NCBI GenBank assembly: GCA_963749495.1
Contig: CAVVMW010000006.1
Coordinates: forward strand, 1 to 64,000
DNA: 64,000 nucleotides
Reading direction: 5' to 3'
Source of the DNA: an uncultured bacterium
Lineage (GTDB): Bacteria; Verrucomicrobiota; Verrucomicrobiia; Limisphaerales; UBA8199
In this document: positions 9,701-18,439 of the stretch, piece after piece
How the letters are laid out: every line of letters begins with the position of its first letter
Position numbering within the stretch: the stretch's first letter is position 1
Notes under the pieces: generated by a model
Told to the model about the DNA's origin: nothing
Databases searched by the model: none
The model's input: only the letters and a program-made list of their open reading frames with translations
Program-made: the position numbers and the translations under genes

Positions 9701-11069
9701 CGGGCTCACGCTCATCGCCAGCCGGGGGAGCCTCGGCGGGGTTATAGTCTTTCTCGATGCCAACACGGGCCGGGAGCAAAGACGCATCCAGGCAACCTAC
9801 TGGTGCCTGGCGGTTTCCCCGGATGGCCGCTATTTGGCGACAGGAGGGGAGGGATTGGAAATCGTCGACGCGCAAACCGGGAAGTCTAAATGGCGTGTCA
9901 GTCCCCACGGACCCCACATTTGGAGCGCGAGCTTTTCATCTGATGGAAAGACGCTGGCGGCAGCGGGTTGGGACGGCACGGCCAGGCTTTGGAACGTCGC
10001 CAGCGGACAGGAGATGTTCACCTACAGAGCTTCCGGCGTCGTGTGGAGCATCCCCTTCTCTGCGGACGGCAAATGGTGGGCCGTGGGTAGTGGCGCATCG
10101 CGACAGAGTGAAGTGGTGTTGTTCAGGGCGGCAACCCTTCCGGAAGTCGAAGCCGCCCCCGCCGGGACACCGCCCGGAATCATCATCCAACCCGCCGGCC
10201 AAAACGCCACTGAAGGCAGCGCCGTGACCCTCGCGGCAATCGTGACCGGCACTGCCCCGCTCTCCTACCAATGGCGAAACGGCGCCCGTAGTCTGCCCGG
10301 CCAGACCAATGCCGACCTGACCCTCGCCAACGTGGATGCGGCATCTGCGGGCAACTACTCCGTTGTGGTCACCAACGCCCTCGGCTCAGCTACGAGCAGC
10401 AGCGCCGCCTTGACAGTTGCCCCCGTGCGTGAGGTCCTTCTCGGAGAGATCAACTTCCAGGACCAGCGTCCGGGCGAGTGTTCCGCGTACGCCTCTTGCG
10501 AAAACCCGGTCACTCTTAGCAGTAATGTCACTGAAATCGCCGGCGTCGGCATCGCAGGCGGCAATGCGTTGGTCGTGACGTTCGATGGCTCCGGGTTCAC
10601 CAACGGCTTGAGCCAGGGTTGGGCTGGATTTGGGATTTGCGTGGCCCTTGCCACTAACACCATGAAGCGGCTCAATACGACCAACCTGAACCTGTATAAA
10701 CTCTATGCGACCGTCAAAACGGAGGGTCTTAGTTCGACGACCGCCCGCGGGTCGCTTTTCTGGCAATTTAAGACCCCCGCCAGCGCGGTTCTCTCCATGC
10801 GCCACTTTACGACGTTCACAACCAACTACCAAGTTTACTCCTTTATCGTGGGCGGCGCCAGCCTGGACGCCAGGCCCGGCAGTTCCTTCGACGAGTTCGT
10901 TGATCATTTTGACCAAATTGACCGGCTCGCCTGCCTCGTCTCGGTTAACCAATGGCTCGCCGACTACGGGAAGAAACCGGACAATTCAATCTTCATCAGC
11001 AACGTCAAGTTTATGCGCCTGGAGCCGCCTACACCGTGGCCTTCGGCATCAACAATCTCGGCGTGGTGA
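6786..11069 (+). CDS. Membrane Ser/Thr protein kinase with WD40 propellers, an Ig domain and an unknown C-terminal domain
   Basis: GEGGCGAVY, VALK, HRDIKPSN, DFG, GTPAYMSPE; TM segment; many GH...WD repeats; Ig YQWR...GNYSVVVTN. Confidence 0.95.
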   Translation: MRNSRKPAGAIFDAALELPPEQRAAYLEEACSGDDPLRRRVEALLRAHETAGKFMGKPALGPAPEIEPVRPTEQPGDRIGRYKLLEKIGEGGCGAVYMAEQEEPVRRRVALKVIKLGMDTRQVIARFEAERQALALMDHPNIAKVLDAGATETGRPYFVMELVRGIKITDYCDQNHLATHERLDLFIQVCRAIQHAHQKGIIHRDIKPSNILVTLNDGVPLPQVIDFGIAKATQGKLTDQTLFTAFEQFIGTPAYMSPEQAELSAQDIDTRSDIYSLGVLLYELLTGQTPFDAKELLQAGLDEIRRTIREKEPARPSTRLSTMLGADLTAIAKHRNIEPPRLIHLVRGDLDWIVMKTLEKDRTRRYETANGLAADIGRHLRHEPVTAAAPRALYSAGKFIRRHKAGLATAGALLGLLGAGAVVSAWQAVRATRAERAQRLLRQQADLLRTKAEDQADQIGRQLYASDMNVAFQAWEKGDPARVEQLLEEHRPKTGQEDLRGFEWFHLWRLCHSDLLTFDEQGATMRCVTFSADGRLLAAAGDDSTARIWDANTGKALRVLTGHGGGANSAAFAPNGKMLATGGTDRTVRLWDTETGEQLAVLRGHKHGVTAVAFGADGKWLASGSGNVASGGSHNPSDQYVNSASLSAEIRVWDLEKRNLLMTLTGHNKSILSLASSPDGKRLASGSADGTVKLWTAATGKMEANLTALQGPAFAVGFSPGGETLAVGTGDLYRQQGEVRLWDVASGNQRAILKGHVGPVFALAFSPDRETFASAGLDQIVRFWNLATGDEVGSLRGHKGSVWSLSYDASGKRLATASWDQTVKVWDSGQPQGMMVLPGAGGYSGCFSPGGKFFIMGGSRLGVFDLAGGKEPFILPDYKTEDLIVAMSPDGSTLASAGIDGMVTLWEVGTWRRLATLKGHTDKVWFLAFSPDGRTLASDDDETVRLWDVRAHTQRAVFHPARGWGPMFFTRDGLTLIASRGSLGGVIVFLDANTGREQRRIQATYWCLAVSPDGRYLATGGEGLEIVDAQTGKSKWRVSPHGPHIWSASFSSDGKTLAAAGWDGTARLWNVASGQEMFTYRASGVVWSIPFSADGKWWAVGSGASRQSEVVLFRAATLPEVEAAPAGTPPGIIIQPAGQNATEGSAVTLAAIVTGTAPLSYQWRNGARSLPGQTNADLTLANVDAASAGNYSVVVTNALGSATSSSAALTVAPVREVLLGEINFQDQRPGECSAYASCENPVTLSSNVTEIAGVGIAGGNALVVTFDGSGFTNGLSQGWAGFGICVALATNTMKRLNTTNLNLYKLYATVKTEGLSSTTARGSLFWQFKTPASAVLSMRHFTTFTTNYQVYSFIVGGASLDARPGSSFDEFVDHFDQIDRLACLVSVNQWLADYGKKPDNSIFISNVKFMRLEPPTPWPSASTISAW

Positions 11070-11116
11070 CCGGCCTTTATGTGGACACGAGCGGCGGCCA
11101 CCATGGGTACTTCTGG
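11017..11116 (+). pseudogene. 100-bp relic of a third HAF-like paralog
   Basis: Matches 4998-5097; an alternative frame reads PGAAYTVAFGINNLGVVTGLYVDTSGGHHGYFW. Confidence 0.8.
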
Positions 11117-11127
11117 CCGAGGCCCGA

Positions 11128-12369
11128 TCACGGGTTGACTGCGGCGGGGGCATGGCTCGCCGGACGGTTGGTGAGAGCAGTGAGTTGGTCCAGCACCGAG
11201 ACGGCCGGGCCGGGACTGCCGTCCTGGTTCCAAATGTCTCTCTCTGGCGCCCAATACATCACGCTCAACCCGTGCGGGGCCTTCTTGACCGTATTCACGA
11301 GGTCGGCCATGAACTGCACGCGGCCTTCGGGCGTCACCGGCCACTTCATGAACTCGTTGTTTTGAGATTGCGAGCGGCCATAACCGGTCTCGACAACCGC
11401 GAAGTCCTTGTGGTAGCGCTGCGAACACCGGTTCATGTTGTCCCAGAGCTGTTCGAGGGTGCCGTGGCGCCAGGGCGGGTAGAAGCTCTGGGCGATGATG
11501 TCGTACTGGACCTGCGCGTCGTTCAAATGATCGAAGAACCACCTGGTGACCTCCCAGTTCCCTCCCTTGTCGATGTGGATGGCGATGCGGGGCTGAGTCT
11601 CACCGGCGGCGGATTTCACGCCGCGGATGCCAGCCTTTAGAATGCGAGCCAGGTGGTCCCATTGCTGGGCATCGTCATAGGTTTCCGCTGGATTGTATTG
11701 GCTGGAGCCCGGCACCTTCACTTGCGCCAGTGGCCACAGCGTGCCCCGGGTAATCTCGTTGCCAACCTGCACCCAATCGGGCATGGCGCCCGCGTCTTTG
11801 AGTTGCTCGACCACGTCATGTGTGTGGGTCTCGACCGCCTTTTCGAGGCCGTCAAAATCCAGGTTCCTCCATGCGGCCGGGATGTCCTGGTGTTGAGGAT
11901 CGGCCCAAGTATCGGACAAGTGCAGGCACAGCAGGGTGCTCGCGCCCGCGGCTTTGATGCGCTTGGCCAGCGGGATCATGTTCTCCAGCGAGTTGTTGGG
12001 GGCGTTTCTGACGGGCGAGACGAATACGCGCAGGCGGAAGATCGTCCACCCATGATTCAGCAGGATGGCCCACTCTTCATTGGTCTTGCCGTTGTCTTGA
12101 TAGACGCGATTGGTTCCCCGTCCGCCGCGGCCGGGCGCTGCCAGAGCCGACACATCTGCGCCCAGGAGAAGCTTGGGCGGCTGGATTTCTCCCGCGAGCA
12201 CGGTGGCCGGCGGCACCGCGCACGCCAACAAAAGCGCACACGCGATGAATTGCGCGGCCTGGAGGTTCCGGCACTCCCTCGATGAGGGCAGCACTTTTCG
12301 GGTTTCGCTGGGCATAACTTTACTCATACGTTCGGGCCTGGATGTTACAGCCGGCGCGTTCGGTTTCAA
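11128..12369 (-). CDS. GH53 arabinogalactan endo-beta-1,4-galactanase (start uncertain)
   Basis: GADVS, FRLRVFV, HLSDTWADP, QVGNEI, SFYP, VVETGY, YWAPE. Confidence 0.9.
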   Translation of the reverse strand: MKPNAPAVTSRPERMSKVMPSETRKVLPSSRECRNLQAAQFIACALLLACAVPPATVLAGEIQPPKLLLGADVSALAAPGRGGRGTNRVYQDNGKTNEEWAILLNHGWTIFRLRVFVSPVRNAPNNSLENMIPLAKRIKAAGASTLLCLHLSDTWADPQHQDIPAAWRNLDFDGLEKAVETHTHDVVEQLKDAGAMPDWVQVGNEITRGTLWPLAQVKVPGSSQYNPAETYDDAQQWDHLARILKAGIRGVKSAAGETQPRIAIHIDKGGNWEVTRWFFDHLNDAQVQYDIIAQSFYPPWRHGTLEQLWDNMNRCSQRYHKDFAVVETGYGRSQSQNNEFMKWPVTPEGRVQFMADLVNTVKKAPHGLSVMYWAPERDIWNQDGSPGPAVSVLDQLTALTNRPASHAPAAVNP

Positions 12370-12449
12370 GCCGGGTCTTCATGGGGCCAAGGCAACCCCT
12401 GCATTGAATTGACGAGGGTGGGGAACTTGGATACAGCTCAAGTTGGTGC

Positions 12450-13172
12450 ATGAACATACCGGTCTCATCTCACGTGGTGCGTTGGTTGAGCGGGCTGGCG
12501 ACAGCCGTCCTCGTTGCCGCGCAGGTGCAGAGCGCTCAATCGGGCGATTGGATTCGGGCGGGCCTGAACACGAATCAACCCGTCTGGGGGATTCGCCAGG
12601 GGCTGCTTTGGGCCGTGGCGCCGGCTGGGTTTCGGCCCGGCGAGCCGCGGGGTTTGATTCGCCTGGGCTACCCGGTGCTCGCCGGGGGGCGCTATGACCT
12701 CATCTACTGCATCCTCACAGCCACTATGGGCAACATGGCCCGGACCCGGCTGCTCTGGCTCAAGGACCAGGTGATCAGCAGCCTGGAACTGTATCGAGGC
12801 TACAGGGAAACCGCCTTTGCCCCGCACAGCGAATACCCTCTCTCCCGCCTGCATCGGACTGCTGATGGCGGAGTGTTGGTGGCAGTGACCAACGACGAGG
12901 AAAAGCCGGCAACGGTTTATCCATTCCCCGATTCGGAGTCCTGGCATTATGCCGGCTTCAGGGTGACGCAGTATTGGGCCAAGCCGGCGGGCGCGTTCCG
13001 GGAGGACCTCCGCGCGGTGGTCAACGCGCGTTACACCTACTGGCAGTCCGCGCGGCCCATTCCCGGCGGGGTAGCTTTCGAAAACCTCGAACTGCGCGAA
13101 CGGTTTCACGATGGACAGAAGTTCATCTTCGGCATTGACCGCCGGACACCGGTGGAATTGGGATTCAGATGA
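12450..13172 (+). CDS. Secreted hypothetical protein (possibly internally deleted)
   Basis: Signal peptide-like N-terminus, 240-aa ORF, no family recognised. Confidence 0.6.
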   Translation: MNIPVSSHVVRWLSGLATAVLVAAQVQSAQSGDWIRAGLNTNQPVWGIRQGLLWAVAPAGFRPGEPRGLIRLGYPVLAGGRYDLIYCILTATMGNMARTRLLWLKDQVISSLELYRGYRETAFAPHSEYPLSRLHRTADGGVLVAVTNDEEKPATVYPFPDSESWHYAGFRVTQYWAKPAGAFREDLRAVVNARYTYWQSARPIPGGVAFENLELRERFHDGQKFIFGIDRRTPVELGFR

Positions 13173-13261
13173 TCCGGTCGGTCTGAATCTCCGGCCCGAA
13201 GAGGCGGAGCCCAGCCCAGGGCTGAGGGCGCCAGGCCGATGCCAAGGCGGCAGTCCCCGCC

Positions 13262-13846
13262 TTGGTCTGCATCGTCAGGGATTGGGACCCGGAAGCAAAG
13301 CGCGCGGCATTGGCGCTTATCAAAGGGCCGGACACAACGGGTGCAAGCGCCGCCCTCCTCGCGAACTCTCAGGCAGCAGCCGCGGAGGCGCTCATAGCTG
13401 TTGCTCCCGAAGTTGCCGCGAAGGAAGGACTTGATACGGCCCCGTCCACGGAGATGATTCTCATGTGGCTCAAACTGGCTACGAATGGCCCCTACTGCCG
13501 TTTCTTCGACAGAAACAGAGTCGATCCTGGAATCAGTGCGGTCGATACTCTGGGTCGCTTCCATCTCGAACCGGGGTTGGTCGTGCCGGCTCTGATCGAT
13601 CTATTGCGCTCTTCCGACGCCATTTTACGGAAGCATGTCGTCACCGCCCTTGCCAAGTATGGCGCGTACGCCAGACCGGCGATCAGCGCGCTGACAAAGT
13701 TGCTCAACGAGCAAGACCCTGCACAACGCGTCGTCGTGTGGGAAGCCCTCAAAGGTATTGACTCCGTTGCCGCCGCCAAAGCTGGCGTGAACACCAACTC
13801 GCCGGGCTTGGAACCGGCACGCCGCATTACAAGCGAACGCCCCTGA
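13262..13846 (+). pseudogene. HEAT-repeat protein fragment
   Basis: VVPALIDLL...VVTALAKYGAYARPAISALTKLL...EALKGID; no good start codon. Confidence 0.5.
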
Positions 13847-14043
13847 CCTTGTGCGCTTGTCCTCTGCGATTGGGCTGGCCTACTTCTTCTCATTCGTGTT
13901 TATCCGTGTCCATCCGTGGTTCACAAACCTCTGGATAAAGTCCCAGCCGCCGCTCTGCTGATAGCGGTCCGCACACCGTGGCGGACCATCCTGCCTTGGG
14001 AGATTTGGCGTGCAATGCGGGCTGGGTTTGGTTAAATGCGTCC

Positions 14044-14793
14044 GTGCGGGCGGGAGACTCAAATTCCGGACCCCAGGCGCACGGGGCCGCATTCGCCACC
14101 ACCCACTGGAGCGTGGTGCTGGCGGCCGGCCAGCGGGACACGCCGCAAGCCGCTGCCGCCCTGGAACAACTCTGCCGCACCCATTGGTATCCGCTCTATG
14201 CCTACGTGCGCCGGCGCGGCTACAGCCCGGAAGATGCCCAGGACCTGACGCAGGAGTTCTTTGCCCGCCTGCTGGCCAAGGATTACCTGGCATTGGCTGA
14301 GCCGCACAAAGGCAAGTTCCGCTCGTTTCTGCTCGCCGGCCTGAAGAATCTCCTGTCCGACGAGCGGGACAGGGCCAACCGCCTCAAACGCGGCGGCGGC
14401 CAGAAACCCATTTCCTTTGACGCCCAGACGGCCGAAGACCGCTACCGGCTCGAACCCGTGGACCCCATAACTCCCGAGCGGCTCTTCGAGCGCAGTTGGG
14501 CCGCCGCCGCTCTGGAGCGGACCGCCTGCCGCTTGCGCGACGAATATCTGGCCGCAGGCAAGGCCGAGCTCTATGAGCAATTGACCGAGTTCCGCCGGGA
14601 TTCGACCGAGCAGCGCCCTTATGCGGAGGTGGGCGCGGAATTGGGCCTGAGCGAAAGCGCGGTCAAATCGGCCATTCACCGGCTGCGCTGGCGGCACCAG
14701 CAACTGGTGCGCGAGGAAATCGCACAGACCTTGGGCGACCCGGCCGAGGTGGACGAGGAGATTCGGTATTTGCTGCGGCTCATCGCCGCTTGA
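14044..14793 (+). CDS. ECF sigma-70 factor (FxTTxWS type, kinase-associated)
   Basis: FATTHWSVVLAAG, LCRTHWYPLYAYVRRRG, DAQDLTQEFF, GKFRSFL, VKSAIHRLR; GTG start inferred. Confidence 0.9.
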   Translation: MRAGDSNSGPQAHGAAFATTHWSVVLAAGQRDTPQAAAALEQLCRTHWYPLYAYVRRRGYSPEDAQDLTQEFFARLLAKDYLALAEPHKGKFRSFLLAGLKNLLSDERDRANRLKRGGGQKPISFDAQTAEDRYRLEPVDPITPERLFERSWAAAALERTACRLRDEYLAAGKAELYEQLTEFRRDSTEQRPYAEVGAELGLSESAVKSAIHRLRWRHQQLVREEIAQTLGDPAEVDEEIRYLLRLIAA

Positions 14794-14844
14794 AAACCTT
14801 TGGCCTGCGGCGCCGTTGTACACGGGTGAAGGGCCTGTGCCGTT

Positions 14845-15228
14845 ATGCGGCAACCAAAACACTGTATCGACTGCGGGGCGCCCCTGGCAGAGGCTGTCCC
14901 CGGAGGGCTGTGCTCGAGGTGCGCCTTGAGCGGGGCGCTGGTCTTCTCCCCGGACGGCCAAAGATTGGTCAGCGGCCACTGGGACCGGGAGATTCGGGTG
15001 TGGTCCGCCCGGACCGGAAAGCTGCTGCTGCCGGCCCTCAAGGGGCACATCGTCGGCGTGGGGCGCCTGGCCTTCTCTGCCGACGGCAAGACGCTCGCCA
15101 GCGCCGGCGGGGACCGATCCGTCCGCCTGTGGAGCATCGCCACGGGGCAGGAGATGCTCCTCTTCCAGGATGCCTGGATGATCTCCGGGGACGAACTGGC
15201 TATAGCCGATTGGAAGGGGCCTGGGTGA
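14845..15228 (+). pseudogene. Ser/Thr kinase-WD40 relic with the kinase domain deleted
   Basis: The N-terminal CIDCG...GLCSRC segment typical of these kinases is joined directly to terminal WD40 repeats (FSPDGQRLVSG...LWSIATGQEML). Confidence 0.75.
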
Positions 15229-15560
15229 TGAAGATTCCCGGAACACCGATGCTGGTGACCTATACCCTCTCGCCCACGGACTCGTATGCCACCAATGCCG
15301 CCATGTATGGCAGCACACTCATCGGTGATCCCACTCTCATGGGCGCCTTCACCAACTGCCAGTACCAGACGCCGATGATTGGCCAGGCCGCCCTGACCAG
15401 CACCAACACCGGCGTTTTCACCGTGCTCCAGTACGGAATGAGGATGGGGACGGCGGGGCCCGAGATCGTTTACATCACCCTGAACAGCGGCACGTTCACG
15501 AACCTCGCTTATCGCCTGGAGAAGCAATAGCTCAGTCCGGGTCACACAAACACTAACGCC

Positions 15561-17266
15561 ATGAAAGCCAAGTTCTACCTCCTTGCCGGGGTCCTCCTGG
15601 CCGCCGTTGGCGATGGCTTCGGCCAGCCCGTCATCACCCAGCAACCGCAGTCCTGCACAAACCTCGCCGGCACGACTGCGACTTTCACGGTCGAGGCGAC
15701 CGGCGTTCCGCCCCTGGCGTTCCAGTGGCAGGGAGACACCGGCGCGCTGGACTTCTCGGACCTCGCGGCGCGCACCACCGCGACGCTAGTGCTGACCAAC
15801 GTGGGGGCCGGCGATGCGGTGGACTACCGCGTGATCCTCACCGACACCGGGGGCGCTGTCACCAGCGCGGTAGCCTCGCTCACGGTGCTCGTGCCGCCGA
15901 GGATCGTGGTGCAGCCCACCAATTTCCCCTCCATCAGCCTCGGGGTGAACCTCGGGAATCGGGTGCTCGCCGGCGGCAACCCGCCGCCCACTTACCAGTG
16001 GTTCTTGAATGGCACCCTGCTCCCGGGCCAGACCCGCACCCTGTTGAACCTGACGAATCTGCAGTTGTCCGATGCCGGGGCCTACACCGTCGTGGTGACC
16101 AATCTGGTGGGGTCGGTCACCAGCCAGGTGGCCCTGCTTGCCATCGATCCCACCTTCACCAAAATCACCACCGGCGCGCTGGTAACCGATATAGCCAGAA
16201 GGCGTGCCGGCGCCTGGGGTGATTATGACAACGATGGCTACCCGGATTTCTTCGTTCATGAATGTGATCCGGGGCCAAGGACGTCCTCTATCGGAATAAT
16301 GGCGATGGCACCTTTACCCGCCTGGTCGTGCCGAGCCTGCAAGGTCAAACACAACAGAATGGCGGGTTCGGGGCGGCTTGGGGTGACTTCGATAACGACG
16401 GGTATCTGGACTTGTTCGTCGCCAATTCCGGGGGCAAGAACGTGCTCTTCCGCAATCGCGGCGATGGCACGTTCGCCAAGGTTACCACCGCTCCGAGCAC
16501 CGACGGCGCAGACTCCTGCGGTGCGGCTTGGGGCGACTACGACCGCGACGGCTACCTGGACCTGTTCGTCGTCAATGGTAACGTGGGCCAGAACGCAGAC
16601 GCCAACTTCCTTTACCACAACCAGGGTGATGGCACCTTCGTCAAGATGACTGCCGGTCAGGTGGGGCCCATCGTCGGCGACCTCAGGAAGTGGGTCCTCG
16701 GCAGTTGGGTGGATTACGATGGAGACGGGTGGCTAGATATGTGTGTGCCCAATGGCAACAATCTCTGCCTCTACCAGAACAACGGCAACTCGAACAACTG
16801 GCTCTGCGTGACCTGCGTCGGCACGTCGTCTCCGCGGGACGGCACCGGGGCCAAGGTGCGTGCGCTCGCCACCATCCGTGGCAAGCCGATGTGGCAACTT
16901 CGCCTTCTTAACTGCGGTGGCACCTGCTGGGGCGGCCAAAGCTTCGTCGCCCACTTCGGCCTGGGCGACGCCACGAATGTGGACGTGCTCCGCATCGAGT
17001 GGACCTCCGGCCTCGTGCAAGAGCTGTACAACGTGCCGGCCAAACAATACCTGACCGTGACCGAGCCGGCGAGACTCTCCATGCCAAGCCTCGGGGAACT
17101 GCACATCCAATGCTGGAACGGGATGGCCTATCGCATCGAGGGCTCGCCGGACCTGTCCGCCTGGGCGCCGCTGGCCACGCTCACCAACCTGACGGGCAAG
17201 CTCCAGTGGACGGACACAAATGCGCCCGGCCAGAGCGCGCGTTCCTACCGGGCGGTGAAGCAATGA
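15561..17266 (+). CDS. Secreted 2x Ig + FG-GAP + ASPIC/UnbV (CRTAC1-like) protein; frameshift near 16275
   Basis: Signal peptide, PVITQQP Ig repeats, WGD(Y/F)DNDGYxDLFV repeats, AHFGLGDAT...RIEWTSG, C-terminal ...RSYRAVKQ. Confidence 0.85.
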
Positions 17267-17354
17267 GAAAGCGCAGGGGGCGGAGTCTGGGAGTCTTGGA
17301 GTTGCCTGGTTCGAGGCTTGAACTTGGAGCCCGGTCCGAGTACGATGCCGAGCC

Positions 17355-17439
17355 GTGACGGACGGCAGGCGCCTGCTAATTGCCGTCGAGCCGAGCGACC
17401 CCCAAGGCCGCCGAGGAATTGCTGCCGCTGGTCCACGAC
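17355..17439 (+). pseudogene. N-terminal relic of a TIGR02999-like ECF sigma factor
   Basis: Reads RLLIAVEPSDP / KAAEELLPLVHD across one frameshift; compare ILEALARGERASADDLLPLVYQ at 5966. Confidence 0.6.
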
Positions 17440-18344
17440 GGCGATGCCTCTGCTCTTCGCATATAAAAAGACTGCTTGACGTTACTCCTCTGTGTCTGCG
17501 CCGCTCTGTTGGTCCGGCCTTGCACAGTCGCCGGAGCCGAAGGGTCCTCTGTCGGTGCCAGCAAGGCCGGGAGCGTTAGTCAACGGCGGCATCTCGCGTT
17601 GATTTCAACATTCTGCGGGACTTTAACAAGGACTCTGACCCGGCCACCACTGCTTTCAACGACTAGTCCCGCCCCGGCTTCAGCGTCTATGGCGCCCAGG
17701 GTTTCCCGTTGCTGCACCGGACTCTCGCCGCGCACACCACTCCGCCGTGGGGCGTCTCGGAGGGCACGGCCATTGCGCTGGCCGACGCCTTCAGCGGCGG
17801 CAAAACCGTGCCCTCGCCCATGGAGCAGTACCTCGCCGGCATATTCAACCACGGCGGTATCTACGTCGTCTTGTTCGGATGGGACCCCGGCGGTGTCGAG
17901 GCCTTTGCAGAGGCAACCGCCGGCCCGTCTGCAATGCGGGCCTGTTGAAAGTTCCTCTCGGGGGCAACGCTCTCGGAGGGAACGGCGAGGGATGGATCAC
18001 GTTCGCCGGGGAATGCGCGTTCTCGAGCGCCGTCCGACGGACCGGCGGGAGGAGGTCTTCCAGACAAGTTGAGGAGAATCCAGAGCCAGAACGCCTGCGT
18101 GGGTTCAGGCCCATCCCGAGCGCCGGCCGGAGATTGATTCCCTGTTGCACACGCTCGATGCCTGCATCAAGGCGAACGATATGATCCAGGCTCAGCACAC
18201 AGCCGATAAGGTCCTGGGTCTAATCGCACGGAAATAGGGGAAACAGGAATTGGGTTTCTTGCCGCGCTGCCCGCTATAGACGCTGCGCGGGTGAGCCTCC
18301 AACCGCCAGCTCCGGTCAAGCCCAATGCTGCCACTTTTCTAGGA

Positions 18345-18394
18345 CTTCCAACTGACCCTTCCAACTGACCCTTCCAACCCTGACCCTTCCAACC
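18345..18394. repeat. Short tandem repeat (CTTCCAAC[CC]TGACC), about 4 copies
   Basis: Seen directly in the sequence. Confidence 0.8.
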
Positions 18395-18439
18395 TCCAAA
18401 TTGAGCCATGGCTGCCCCCGCTTTTGTTCAAACCTTCCG

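Noticed and set aside
3058..11116. HAF paralogs and the 100-bp relic as a diversity-generating retroelement TR/VR pair
   Set aside because: No reverse transcriptase is present in the window and the mismatches are not adenine-specific.
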